Positions 9,659-18,763 of a stretch of DNA of 64,000 nucleotides are shown here, piece by piece. The DNA is from Candidatus Microgenomates bacterium (lineage in GTDB: Bacteria > Patescibacteriota > Microgenomatia > UBA8517), in assembly GCA_049519355.1 (NCBI GenBank), contig JBEKQV010000001.1, forward strand, positions 150,408 through 214,407. Reading direction: 5' to 3'. The position numbers were made by a program, and so were the translations under genes. The first letter of the stretch is position 1, and each line of letters begins with the position of its first letter. Below the pieces are notes generated by a model. It was not told the origin of the DNA. It made no database searches and worked only from the letters and a program-made list of their open reading frames with translations.

Positions 9659-10567
9659 TTAAAATCCGTAAGACGATAGAGACGTGCTGCCAATTCTAAT
9701 TCTTGGAAGAGCAAATCTTTGCCCCTTGCATAGAATACTTCCGGAATTTTCCGTAAATGCAGCCTGATATCCCAAAGAAGCCAAATACTGTTCCGATTGG
9801 GTTGTATGAAGTCCATAGGGATAGGCAAAAACCTTGGGACTGCCAAGTCCATGATTGGCCAACTGCGTATCTGCAGTAGAAATTTCATACTGCATCGTGC
9901 TGACCGAAACTCCGACATTTTTGTGCGACCATGTATGGTTTGCAAAAAGAACCGGTCCATTCATTGCTGAAATTTGGTCCCACGTAAGATAATCAGGGTT
10001 ATCCATAAGTCCCGTCGGAACAAACATCGTTGCCTTATAACCCAGACTTTGTAAAACCGGATATGCATCCGTATAAAAATCTTCATAACCGTCATCAAAA
10101 GTCAGAAGAACACTTTTTGAAGGAACTGGCGTACCGCTGTCAAAAAAATTAACCAAGTCATTCATACTGGCAATGTTGTAACCTTTGTCTTTGAGATACT
10201 GCATCTGTTTCTGAAAAAAATCAGTATAAGTGGTTAATCCCGTTTGTTTATCCGCTTTCGCTGCATCTTCCGATTGGATGTGATGATACATTAGAACCGG
10301 CAAATGGACACAAGGGCCATATAGTGTATTCATTTCGGCGAAGGTCATAGGTTTTGGAGTTGCTTTTGGTGTGGATGAAGCTGAAGGAGTCAAAACCGGA
10401 ACTATCTTTTTTATTACGGCTGGTTGGAAAACACTTTTATTGAAATATACAAAAATTGCCACAAAAATTAGTAGGGCAATTAAAATTACCCAGAGGAGAT
10501 TATTTTGCCGAGGTAGTTTCCGTCGCACGGACTTCGCGTATGACAGAAACCTTGATTTGGCCTGCAT
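9659..10567 (-). CDS. membrane-anchored polysaccharide deacetylase (NodB/IcaB-like); start uncertain (10609, 10567 or GTG 10528)
   Basis: PVLMYH, LTFDDGY, NHTWSH, FAYPYG, LPRIRI; N-terminal TM. Confidence 0.85.
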   Translation of the reverse strand: MQAKSRFLSYAKSVRRKLPRQNNLLWVILIALLIFVAIFVYFNKSVFQPAVIKKIVPVLTPSASSTPKATPKPMTFAEMNTLYGPCVHLPVLMYHHIQSEDAAKADKQTGLTTYTDFFQKQMQYLKDKGYNIASMNDLVNFFDSGTPVPSKSVLLTFDDGYEDFYTDAYPVLQSLGYKATMFVPTGLMDNPDYLTWDQISAMNGPVLFANHTWSHKNVGVSVSTMQYEISTADTQLANHGLGSPKVFAYPYGLHTTQSEQYLASLGYQAAFTENSGSILCKGQRFALPRIRIGSTSLSSYGF

Positions 10568-11663
10568 ATTGCGCTTCTTTCTCAAGTTTATTTGCAATGT
10601 CGTGGGCAAGTATTGTTAATCTGTCATCATCAACTTCTTCAGGATTAACAATTACTCTAACGTCGCGGCCGGCTTGAAAAGCATAAACAGTATCGACCCC
10701 AGGGAAGCTTTTGGCAATCTCCTCAATCTTAGTCATCCTTTTGACATAATCTTCATGGGGTTCGTACCTTGCACCGGGCCGCGAACCGGAAATTGCATCC
10801 GCCATCCAAACAATTACGCTTTCATTAGAAGAAAATGGTCTGTCTTCATGATGTTCGGCAACGCAGGCGACAACTTCTTTCGGTATTCCGTATTTTTTGA
10901 GAAGGTTTACCCCCAACTCGACATGATTTCCCTCTTCATCTGTGACCACTTTTCCTACGTCATGAAGAAGACATCCGAGTCGCACAATATCAACATTTGC
11001 CCCGATTTCTTCGGCAATGGCAACTCCGATTTTGGTTTCCTCAATCGTGTGAATTCCAAGGTTTTGTCCGTAGGAAGTTCTAAATCTGAAGCGCCCGATA
11101 AGCCGCATAAGCTCAACCGGCAAGTTAAAAACTCCACATTCGTGGGTAATTTTCTTGCCTTCCTCCAAAAGCACGTCTTCCATCTGAGCTTTCACTTGTC
11201 TAATTACTTCTTCAATTCTTGAAGGCTGGATTCTGGCATCCTTTATAAGGATTTCGAGGGCCCTTTTGGCAATTTCACGCCTGACCGAGTCAAATGAGGA
11301 GAGCCTGATTTCATTAGTTTCATCAATTTCAATCTCAACCCCCGCTTCCTTCTCAAAAGTGCGGATGTTACGGCCTCCTGCGCCAATTATACGGCCCTTT
11401 ACGTCCTCATTCGGCACAGTTACGGAAGAAACGGTATATTCGGCCACATAGCCTGTCGCACCATGTCTCATAGCATCGAGAAGAATCTCCTGAGCCTTCT
11501 GGCCGGCCTCTTCTTTTATCTTTTCCTCAGCTGCCCTGATCTTCTTGGCAATCTCTCCTGTAAGTTCGGTCTGAACCTCATCCAGGAGGGCCTTTTTGGC
11601 CTCATCAGAGGTCATATGAGCCACTTTGCTCAACTTTTCGGTATATTCGTCTTTTGTGGTCAT
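10500..11663 (-). CDS. rny: ribonuclease Y (KH + HD), without N-terminal TM anchor
   Basis: KGRIIGAGGRNIR KH motif, FRTSYGQN, LLHDVGK HD motif, SRPGAR; ATG at 11663. Confidence 0.92.
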   Translation of the reverse strand: MTTKDEYTEKLSKVAHMTSDEAKKALLDEVQTELTGEIAKKIRAAEEKIKEEAGQKAQEILLDAMRHGATGYVAEYTVSSVTVPNEDVKGRIIGAGGRNIRTFEKEAGVEIEIDETNEIRLSSFDSVRREIAKRALEILIKDARIQPSRIEEVIRQVKAQMEDVLLEEGKKITHECGVFNLPVELMRLIGRFRFRTSYGQNLGIHTIEETKIGVAIAEEIGANVDIVRLGCLLHDVGKVVTDEEGNHVELGVNLLKKYGIPKEVVACVAEHHEDRPFSSNESVIVWMADAISGSRPGARYEPHEDYVKRMTKIEEIAKSFPGVDTVYAFQAGRDVRVIVNPEEVDDDRLTILAHDIANKLEKEAQYAGQIKVSVIREVRATETTSAK

Positions 11664-11674
11664 TTTTAGATGTG

Positions 11675-11758
11675 GAGCCAAAGAAAGATAGCCTTAAATT
11701 AGGCTGGAAACGAACGAAGAAGCAAATTTTGTCATCTTCTTGCTCATATCTTTGACTC
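11675..11758 (-). promoter_or_regulatory. candidate three-way-junction RNA in the rny leader
   Basis: Three complementary stems read by eye (see findings). Confidence 0.45.
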
Positions 11759-11769
11759 TAGGAGGTATT

Positions 11770-12381
11770 TTAACCCTCCGCTACCACTTTTTCAATCACA
11801 TTCCACCCAAATCCCTTCCCCGCCAGATATTGCGATATTTTTTGCCGTCTTAAACGGGGTTCCAGACCTTTCCATTTATAGGCCTTCTTTTCGAGTAAAT
11901 CTCTCGCCATTTTCTCCTCATCCACAACTTCCTCACCCAACACTTCATCAATTATTCCCTTATCAATTCCCTTAATTCTCAATTCCTGTATCAGAATTCT
12001 TTTTGGCTTGGGCTTAAAGTTGGCTCGCTGGTCAACCCACCATTTGGCAAACTTTGCATCATCCAAAAGCTCAAAATGCCTAAGTTTTTCAAATAGGTTT
12101 TCGTGCATGCTTTCGTGCACTTTTTTTCGGCGGAAGTAATCTTTAATTTCTTTCTCGCTTCTCGGCCTGACCATCGCAAACCTAAAAAGTTTATCCAGAG
12201 TTTTCTGGAATTCGGCTTTCCTAACAATTTCTTCAACTTCCTTTTCAGTCAGCTCCTGATTAACTTTCAAGTGGAGTAAAACAAAGTTCGTCAGGTCAAT
12301 TCCAAACCCAAACTTGTCATCCAAATAAACATTTACCCTGTCTTTTTTTTTCTGTTGTTTTATCGAAGTTATTACCGGCAC
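11770..12381 (-). CDS. recX: RecX family regulator
   Basis: RPRSEKEI, LDDAKFAKWWV, YLAGKGF; directly downstream of recA. Confidence 0.9.
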   Translation of the reverse strand: MPVITSIKQQKKKDRVNVYLDDKFGFGIDLTNFVLLHLKVNQELTEKEVEEIVRKAEFQKTLDKLFRFAMVRPRSEKEIKDYFRRKKVHESMHENLFEKLRHFELLDDAKFAKWWVDQRANFKPKPKRILIQELRIKGIDKGIIDEVLGEEVVDEEKMARDLLEKKAYKWKGLEPRLRRQKISQYLAGKGFGWNVIEKVVAEG

Positions 12382-12390
12382 AAAGTAATT

Positions 12391-13473
12391 CTAATCTTCT
12401 TTTTCCTCTTCTCCAATTTCCTTGGGGAGCTTTTTACCTGAAGCAACCATTTCGCGGATTTTTTTGTCCAGTTCTTCTGCAATCTTAGTGTGCTCAGCAA
12501 AATATGCTTTTGCGGCTTCTTTACCCTGGGCAATGGGTTTACCTTCATAATTGAAGAACGATCCACTCTTGCCGATTAGCCCCAGTTCGAGTCCGACATC
12601 GAGTAGTCCTCCGGTCTTTGAAATCCCTTCGGTTTCCATAATATCAAACTCAGCTACACGGAGCGGAGGTGCACATTTATTTTTAACAATTCTTGCGCGG
12701 TGACGGGAACCGATGACTTTTTCACCGTCTTTAAGAACCTCAATTCTTCTCAAATCAATTCTGACCGACGAATAGAATTTGAGAGCAAGGCCACCCGGGG
12801 TTGTTTCGGGATTACCAAACATAACTCCGATTTTTTGTCTGAGTTGGTTTGTAAAAATAAGAACCGTTTTTGATTTGGAAATGGCACCGGTTAATTTTCT
12901 AAGGGCCTGAGACATAAGGCGGGCCTGCATTCCCATAACCGCATCCCCCATTTCACCTTCAAGTTCCGCGCGCGGTACAAGAGCCGCAACCGAGTCCACT
13001 ACAACTACGTCAATTGCCCCCGAGCGGATTAAGGTTTCTGTTATTTCCAAGGCCTGTTCTCCCGTATCCGGCTGGGACATAAGAAGGTTATCAAGGTCAA
13101 CCCCAAGTATTTCGGCGCGCTGCGGGTCCAAGGCGTGTTCGGCGTCAACAAATGCACACTGCCCGCCTTTTTTCTGTGCTTCAGCAATAACCGAAAGAGC
13201 AAGTGTGGTTTTACCGGAAGCTTCAGGACCGAAGATTTCAGTGATACGGCCTCTTGGCAGCCCTCCAACTCCAAGAGCCAAGTCAACAGCAATGGAACCT
13301 GTAGGAATAACGTCGATTGTATACTTTTGGCCTTCCCCACCAAGCCGCATAATGCTTCCTTTGCCGTACTGCTTTTCGATTTGATCCATGGCAAGTCTTA
13401 TAGCCTGTAGTTTTGCCGATCCTCCCTCAGTTTGTTTTGGAGCCTCTACTTCGGGTTTTTTCTGTTTCGCCAT
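12391..13473 (-). CDS. recA: recombinase A
   Basis: [34 protein letters not shown]. Confidence 0.99.
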   Translation of the reverse strand: MAKQKKPEVEAPKQTEGGSAKLQAIRLAMDQIEKQYGKGSIMRLGGEGQKYTIDVIPTGSIAVDLALGVGGLPRGRITEIFGPEASGKTTLALSVIAEAQKKGGQCAFVDAEHALDPQRAEILGVDLDNLLMSQPDTGEQALEITETLIRSGAIDVVVVDSVAALVPRAELEGEMGDAVMGMQARLMSQALRKLTGAISKSKTVLIFTNQLRQKIGVMFGNPETTPGGLALKFYSSVRIDLRRIEVLKDGEKVIGSRHRARIVKNKCAPPLRVAEFDIMETEGISKTGGLLDVGLELGLIGKSGSFFNYEGKPIAQGKEAAKAYFAEHTKIAEELDKKIREMVASGKKLPKEIGEEEKED

Positions 13474-13528
13474 TCCGGTATCTTTTTACTATGGTACCAA
13501 ACAAAATGCAATGAGGAAAAATTCTCAG

Positions 13529-13599
13529 TCGGGGTGCTGAGAATTGAACTCAGTTCTGACGCACCCCATGCGCCAATTCTACCGGTGAACTACACCCCG
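13529..13599 (-). tRNA. tRNA-Pro(GGG), CCA not encoded
   Basis: Cloverleaf: acceptor CGGGGTG/CACCCCG, anticodon arm GGCGC-ATGGGGT-GCGTC, T arm CTGAG-TTCAATT-CTCAG. Confidence 0.95.
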
Positions 13600-13683
13600 T
13601 CACGCGTATTTTATCACGAAAGTGCCTTTACCATGAGGTTGTCATAAAACAGAGGGTAAGCTGTGCTTATCATAAACAGAAGC

Positions 13684-13917
13684 TTAATGTTTTGGTCCAC
13701 ACTCACCTGGACCATCAAATGTTGGATTCCAACCTTGGGGATGATATTGAGAGCGTTCTAGAGCTACAAATTTTTCATGATATTTTCTCGCTCTTGCTTC
13801 AACCCGTGCTTCAAACCAATCCTTCCATTGTTGAAGAGTCGGATTCTCCGGAAGTAGTATCGCTTCTTCAGATACGGCGGTTTGCCCACCTTGACCTTTT
13901 GTCAGTTCAGCACTCAC
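13684..13917 (-). CDS. hypothetical protein, leaderless GTG start
   Basis: ORF 13684..13935 with TGtTATTAT 6 nt before GTG at 13917. Confidence 0.6.
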   Translation of the reverse strand: MSAELTKGQGGQTAVSEEAILLPENPTLQQWKDWFEARVEARARKYHEKFVALERSQYHPQGWNPTFDGPGECGPKH

Positions 13918-13957
13918 GCCGAAATAATAACACAAAGGTAAAATTGAAGCAAAAAGC

Positions 13958-14368
13958 TTAACGCTTTGGAGACTGCCTTTTTCTGCGGGACTTTCCGCCC
14001 ATTCCGACCATTCTTCTTTGCCTGATTCTTGAGTCGCGGGTAAGAAGGTTTAATTTCCTAAGGGTAACTCTGTTTTTATCGGGAGCAATTTTTACCAAAG
14101 TTCTGGAAAGGCCCAAAATTAATGCACCTAACTGTCCTTCTTTTCCGCCTCCCGAAACTCTCGCCGAATAATAATATTTTTCGGAAGTTTCAGTTGCACC
14201 GAAGGGTTTAGCAATTGCCTTTGCCGCAATTTCACCCGGAAAATATTTCTCAGCCGGCATTCCGTTAACCGTGTTTTCTCCCTTACCTCTGAAAAGTCTC
14301 ACTCTTGCCGAGCTTTCTCTCCTTCTGCCTACTGCATATGTGTAATCTATCTTTTTAATTCTTGCCAT
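13958..14368 (-). CDS. rpsI: 30S ribosomal protein S9
   Basis: GRRRESSARV, GGGKEGQ, LLTRDSR, C-terminal QSPKR. Confidence 0.97.
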   Translation of the reverse strand: MARIKKIDYTYAVGRRRESSARVRLFRGKGENTVNGMPAEKYFPGEIAAKAIAKPFGATETSEKYYYSARVSGGGKEGQLGALILGLSRTLVKIAPDKNRVTLRKLNLLTRDSRIRQRRMVGMGGKSRRKRQSPKR

Positions 14369-14813
14369 GGTTCGATTCGTCTGACTCACTCACCACGATA
14401 GTTTTAAATTTGTCCTCGTATGGATTTTTGTCACCTGCAACCGCGTGCAATCTTAACATCCTGGCATCTTTTAATCTATTATCGGGAATCATTCCAGCAA
14501 CGGCGTGTTCGATTATTTTTCCCGGATCTTTTTCCATCAAAATGCTGTATTTTTTAGCCTTAAATCCACCCGGGTATCCCGAATGGGTTATGTAAACTTT
14601 TTTGGAAGCTTTTCTACCGGTAACCATAATCTTATCGGCGTTGATAACGACCACATTATCACCGGAATCCATGTGACGGCTAAATGTTGCTTTACCCTTA
14701 CCCATGAGAAGTCCTGCAATTTTTGTGGAAAGTCTTCCCAATATCTGATCATTAGCATCAACTAAATGCCATTCTCTTTTTATATCTTTTGGTGTGGGAG
14801 AAAACGTTTTCAT
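14355..14813 (-). CDS. rplM: 50S ribosomal protein L13
   Basis: WHLVDA, LGRLS, DSGDNVVVINA, HSGYPGG. Confidence 0.97.
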   Translation of the reverse strand: MKTFSPTPKDIKREWHLVDANDQILGRLSTKIAGLLMGKGKATFSRHMDSGDNVVVINADKIMVTGRKASKKVYITHSGYPGGFKAKKYSILMEKDPGKIIEHAVAGMIPDNRLKDARMLRLHAVAGDKNPYEDKFKTIVVSESDESNHGKN

Positions 14814-15265
14814 GATTTTTTGGCTTTCTTGATTTCTTTCTTGGGTTCTACCTTCTTAACGACTTCTTTTTTTGTTTCCGCTTTTTTGGATTTGTCTTCA
14901 AGCTCTACTTTTTCCGTCCATTCCATTCTAACTTGTTGGGCATTGTCCCCAACCCTCCTGGGAAGTGAAATAATTCTGGTAAAACCTGAGGTTTTGGAAG
15001 GAAATGCTTTTACAACTTTCTGGAATAAAATTTCTGTTGCATCTCTGGCATTATCCAGATTGCTCATAACCTTGCGTCTGGCAGAAAGTCCTCCGGCTTT
15101 GGCTAAGGTCACCATTTTATCCACACTACCCTGAACCGCCTTTGCTTTTGCGCGGGTGGTAACTATCTTCCCGTTAAGAATCAACGCCCTAGTTAGTGAA
15201 GCAAACAAAGCTTCTCTGGCCGGACGGGATCGGGAAAGTTTTCTTCCGAACACTTTCTTGTTCAT
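14810..15265 (-). CDS. rplQ: 50S ribosomal protein L17
   Basis: GRKLSR, TTRAKAK, GFTRI, RVGDNA. Confidence 0.96.
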   Translation of the reverse strand: MNKKVFGRKLSRSRPAREALFASLTRALILNGKIVTTRAKAKAVQGSVDKMVTLAKAGGLSARRKVMSNLDNARDATEILFQKVVKAFPSKTSGFTRIISLPRRVGDNAQQVRMEWTEKVELEDKSKKAETKKEVVKKVEPKKEIKKAKKS

Positions 15266-15269
15266 AAGT

Positions 15270-16187
15270 TTACTTAATAGCGAGGAACTCGACTCCCTTT
15301 GTTCCGAGTGCAGCAGCTATAATCTTGAGGGATTTTTCACCCAAATTTCTAACCTTAACCAAATCCTCTTTCTTTGCGTGTGCAAGTTGCTCAACTGTTT
15401 CGAATCCGGCTTTAATTAAAGCATTGGCAACTCTTGTCGGGAGCCCGATTTCTTCAACAGAGAGCTTTCCAACCAAGCCTAGTTCATCTTTAGGAGCTTC
15501 CGTCGGTTTTTCAACCTTCTTAGGATTAACAACTTGTGCGAAGAATGACATTAGGATCTTGGCAGATTCCATTAATGCATCCTTTGCGGCAACAGTTCCG
15601 TCCGTCCAAATTTCGAGAAGAAGCTTGTCATAATTTGTAAGTCTCCCTACACGGGTTTCCTCAATTTTGTAACTAACACGCTGAACCGGAGAAAAAGAGG
15701 CATCCACCGGGATTAAACCAATTGTATCTGTAGGTCTATCCTCAGCCGGAGAATATCCGACTCCACTTTCAATTGTAATATCAGCGGAGAGTTTTGAGCC
15801 TTTATTTAGGGTTCCCAAAACCAGTTCAGGATTGGCAATCTTAATTCCGCCTCCAACTTTAATCTCACTAGCCGTAAACTCTCCCGTCTTGGTAACTTCG
15901 ATTGTTGCCTTAACAGGTTTTTCAACTTTTCCTGAAAATCTAACCTTTTTGAGGTTAAGAACAAATTCAACAATATCTTCTTTCATTCCGGCAAGTGTGG
16001 AAAATTGATGTTTAACTCCGGCAATTTTTACGGAGGTAATAGCAATTCCTTGAAGTGAGGTCAAAAGCACTCTTCTAAGGGAGTTCCCAATCGTAAGCCC
16101 ATACCCCTGTTCCAAAGGGGAAATGGTAAATCTGCCGTATCCGGCGTCTTTCTTTTCTTCTTTAATTTCAAATAATGGCTCGTTCAT
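15270..16187 (-). CDS. rpoA: RNA polymerase alpha subunit
   Basis: PLEQGYGLTIGNSLRRVLL, DASFSPV, alpha-CTD RNLGEKSL. Confidence 0.98.
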   Translation of the reverse strand: MNEPLFEIKEEKKDAGYGRFTISPLEQGYGLTIGNSLRRVLLTSLQGIAITSVKIAGVKHQFSTLAGMKEDIVEFVLNLKKVRFSGKVEKPVKATIEVTKTGEFTASEIKVGGGIKIANPELVLGTLNKGSKLSADITIESGVGYSPAEDRPTDTIGLIPVDASFSPVQRVSYKIEETRVGRLTNYDKLLLEIWTDGTVAAKDALMESAKILMSFFAQVVNPKKVEKPTEAPKDELGLVGKLSVEEIGLPTRVANALIKAGFETVEQLAHAKKEDLVKVRNLGEKSLKIIAAALGTKGVEFLAIK

Positions 16188-16203
16188 ATTTCTTTCAATA
16201 TAC

Positions 16204-16255
16204 AGTCTTATTTAAGACTAGGGTGTATTATAACCCAAGGCTAATTGGGAATCAA
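16204..16255 (-). promoter_or_regulatory. internal promoter of rpoA with leader hairpin
   Basis: TTGATT-17-TATAAT (16255-16227); AGTCTTA/TAAGACT hairpin at 16204-16219. Confidence 0.65.
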
Positions 16256-16262
16256 GCAGCGC

Positions 16263-16862
16263 TTACCGAGAATAAAACTCGACTATATCCTGCTCGCTGA
16301 TAGGCTCGGTTATATCCTCCCTCTTGGGAAGAGCGGCAATTTTACCCACAAGGGCCTTTTTCTCAAGCCAGCCAGGAAGCTTCCAATCCTTTTGCTCTAT
16401 GGCTTTTTTGATCTCCGGAATAGCGGCGGCCTTGGAATCAATAGAAACTATATCTCCAACCGATAACTTATAGGAGGGAATATTAACTTTCTTACCGTTT
16501 ACCAGAACGTGCCTGTGGGAAACAAGTTGTCTGGCGGCGGGTCTGCTCGGAGCAAATCCAAGCCTGAATACAACATTATCAAGACGTTTTTCAAGACTTA
16601 TTAGGATTGCTTCACCCGTATTGCCTTTGGTCCTGAAAGCATCTTCAGCGTACCTTCTGAACTGCTTCTCCAAAATTCCGTAAATTCTTTTAACCTTTTG
16701 CTTCTCCCTTAGCTGCCTGCCGTATTGGGAAGGACCTCTCATTCCTTTCGGGCCATGAACTCCGGGCGGGACATTAAGTCTCGTCAATTTCGCCCCCGCG
16801 CTGAAAATATCAAAATTCTCGCGCCTTGATAACCTGTCTTTTGGTCCTACGTATTTTGCCAT
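16263..16862 (-). CDS. rpsD: 30S ribosomal protein S4
   Basis: QLREKQK, LEKRLDNVVFRLG, VNIPSY, IVEFYSR. Confidence 0.98.
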   Translation of the reverse strand: MAKYVGPKDRLSRRENFDIFSAGAKLTRLNVPPGVHGPKGMRGPSQYGRQLREKQKVKRIYGILEKQFRRYAEDAFRTKGNTGEAILISLEKRLDNVVFRLGFAPSRPAARQLVSHRHVLVNGKKVNIPSYKLSVGDIVSIDSKAAAIPEIKKAIEQKDWKLPGWLEKKALVGKIAALPKREDITEPISEQDIVEFYSR

Positions 16863-16865
16863 ATT

Positions 16866-17246
16866 TTAAACTCTCCTCTTCTTGCTCGGCCTAGGTCCGT
16901 TATGAGGAACCGGTGTAATATCTGCAATCAGGGCAATTTTGACTCCCGCGGCTCTAACCGCACGAAGGGCTGCATCTCTCCCAGCGCCCGGACCTTTTAC
17001 ATAAATCTCAACTTCATTTACTCCAAATTCATCTTTTGCTCTACCAATTACCTTCTCAACCGCCGTTGTTGCCGCATACGGGGTGGCGCGCCTTGTACCT
17101 TTAAATCCGGACGCACCCGATGAACCCCAGGCCAAAGTTTCTCCCAAGGTATTTGTAACGGTTACAAGGGTATTATTGAAAGACGCAGAAATATAAACTC
17201 TACCCAAACCAACTTCCTTTTTTGTATTTTTAGTTTTGGTTGCCAT
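16866..17246 (-). CDS. rpsK: 30S ribosomal protein S11
   Basis: ASFNNT, TPYAA, GPGAGR, DITPVPHNG. Confidence 0.98.
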   Translation of the reverse strand: MATKTKNTKKEVGLGRVYISASFNNTLVTVTNTLGETLAWGSSGASGFKGTRRATPYAATTAVEKVIGRAKDEFGVNEVEIYVKGPGAGRDAALRAVRAAGVKIALIADITPVPHNGPRPSKKRRV

Positions 17247-17269
17247 GTTTTGTCCGAAATAAACTTAGT

Positions 17270-17680
17270 TTATTTCTTCTCTTCCTCCTTACCCGCCGTC
17301 AGCTTCGATAGTATTTCTTTCTTAAAGGCTCCGACAGTCTTTCTCTTGCCGCGCTTTGTACGTGCATTTGTTCTAGTTCTCTGACCTCTAACGGGCAAGT
17401 TTTTGGCGTGCCTTGAGCCTCGATACGATCCAATTACTTGAAGCCTTTGGATATTTCCCCTGACGCTTCTTACCAGATCCCCTTCAATCTGGTATTTATC
17501 AAGTTGATTTGTAATTTTAGTAACCTCGTCATTTGTCAGCTCGGAAACTCTTTTTTTAGTATCAATTCCGGCATCCTTCACAACCTTTTTTGACAACGAC
17601 CAACCAATACCCCGAATTTTGGTAAGGGCGAAGTCTACTTTCCAGTTATCTTGTAGGTCAACTCCTGCAATTCTTGCCAT
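17270..17680 (-). CDS. rpsM: 30S ribosomal protein S13
   Basis: MARIAGVDL, LPVRGQRTRTNARTKRG. Confidence 0.98.
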   Translation of the reverse strand: MARIAGVDLQDNWKVDFALTKIRGIGWSLSKKVVKDAGIDTKKRVSELTNDEVTKITNQLDKYQIEGDLVRSVRGNIQRLQVIGSYRGSRHAKNLPVRGQRTRTNARTKRGKRKTVGAFKKEILSKLTAGKEEEKK

Positions 17681-17683
17681 ATT

Positions 17684-17797
17684 TTAGCCTTGACGTTGTT
17701 TATGCCTGGGGTTTTTACACACAACGTATAAAACGCCCTTGCGCTTAACAATTCTGCAATCTTTACACCTGACTTTTATCGAACTTAGTACCTTCAT
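17684..17797 (-). CDS. rpmJ: 50S ribosomal protein L36 (not in ORF track)
   Basis: [37 protein letters not shown]. Confidence 0.97.
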   Translation of the reverse strand: MKVLSSIKVRCKDCRIVKRKGVLYVVCKNPRHKQRQG

Positions 17798-17801
17798 TTT
17801 T

Positions 17802-18017
17802 TTAATACTTAAAAACTATCCTTCCTCTAGCCTCGTCATATGGTGTCATCTCAACTTTAACCCTGTCTCCCGGAAAAATTCTGACATAGGCTCTGCGCAT
17901 CTTTCCGGTCAAAGTCGCCAGTATTGTCCTTCCGTCCGATAGCTCCACCCTAAACATTGTATTGGGAAGAGCGGCAGACACACTCCCGTCGACTAAAACT
18001 ACATTTTTGGTTTTCAT
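17802..18017 (-). CDS. infA: translation initiation factor IF-1
   Basis: [27 protein letters not shown]. Confidence 0.98.
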   Translation of the reverse strand: MKTKNVVLVDGSVSAALPNTMFRVELSDGRTILATLTGKMRRAYVRIFPGDRVKVEMTPYDEARGRIVFKY

Positions 18018-18763
18018 CGCGTTAGGACCTTGGGTCCATTATCAGTTACCGCAACAGTATCCTCAAAAAGTCCTGATATTTTACCATCACGCATGGCGAT
18101 TGTCCACCCGTCCTCCAATTGCTCGACTTTGTCGCTCTCCATGGCATACATTACCTCAATAGCCAGTACCATATTCTTTTTAATTAGAGGACTGTCCTCG
18201 ATCCTCCCAGGCACAAAACAGGGTATTTGGGGATCTTCATGAAGCTCCCTACCAACCCCATGCCCAACCAAGGCTTTAATGGTTGTGTAGCCCGCCCCTT
18301 CAATAGAATCTTCTATTGCCTTGGAAATATCAAAAATGTGATTCCCCGCCCGAGCTTGTTTTATAGCTTTATCCAATGTTTCGCGGCCGGTATTCAGGAA
18401 TCTCCTGTTTTCGGGGCTTAAATCAATTCCGACTGAAATCGAAGTATCGGAATGGAAACCTTTGAAATAGACTCCCACGTCAATTTTTACGATATCGCCC
18501 TCTTTGAAAATCAGGCTTGAAACAGGAATCCCGTGAACCAATCCGTCATTTACATTAATACAGGTTGCCCAGTGATATCCCGGAACTTTATTGAACGAAA
18601 TTTCGGCTCCTTCTTCTTTTATAAGCTTCACTGCAAGTGCCTCAATGTCAGCTGCCGTCACGCCTTCCTTGACCGCAGCCGCCAGAGCGTTTTTAACTCT
18701 GCCAAGCTTTGCCCCACCCTCGGCCATTATTTTAATTTCGGAGTCACTTTTAATGGAGATCAT
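18014..18763 (-). CDS. map: methionine aminopeptidase type I
   Basis: VHGIP, HSDTS, GHGVGRELHEDP, FEDTV. Confidence 0.96.
   Translation of the reverse strand: MISIKSDSEIKIMAEGGAKLGRVKNALAAAVKEGVTAADIEALAVKLIKEEGAEISFNKVPGYHWATCINVNDGLVHGIPVSSLIFKEGDIVKIDVGVYFKGFHSDTSISVGIDLSPENRRFLNTGRETLDKAIKQARAGNHIFDISKAIEDSIEGAGYTTIKALVGHGVGRELHEDPQIPCFVPGRIEDSPLIKKNMVLAIEVMYAMESDKVEQLEDGWTIAMRDGKISGLFEDTVAVTDNGPKVLTR

Noticed and set aside
13474-13520. LexA/SOS box upstream of recA
   Set aside because: No recognised palindrome (CTGT-N8-ACAG or GAAC-N4-GTTC); only promoter-like hexamers.
13642-13682. Imperfect direct repeat TCATAAA(A)CAGA upstream of tRNA-Pro as an att site or operator
   Set aside because: Only two short copies, on the 5' side of the tRNA, with no duplicated tRNA 3' end and no integrase.
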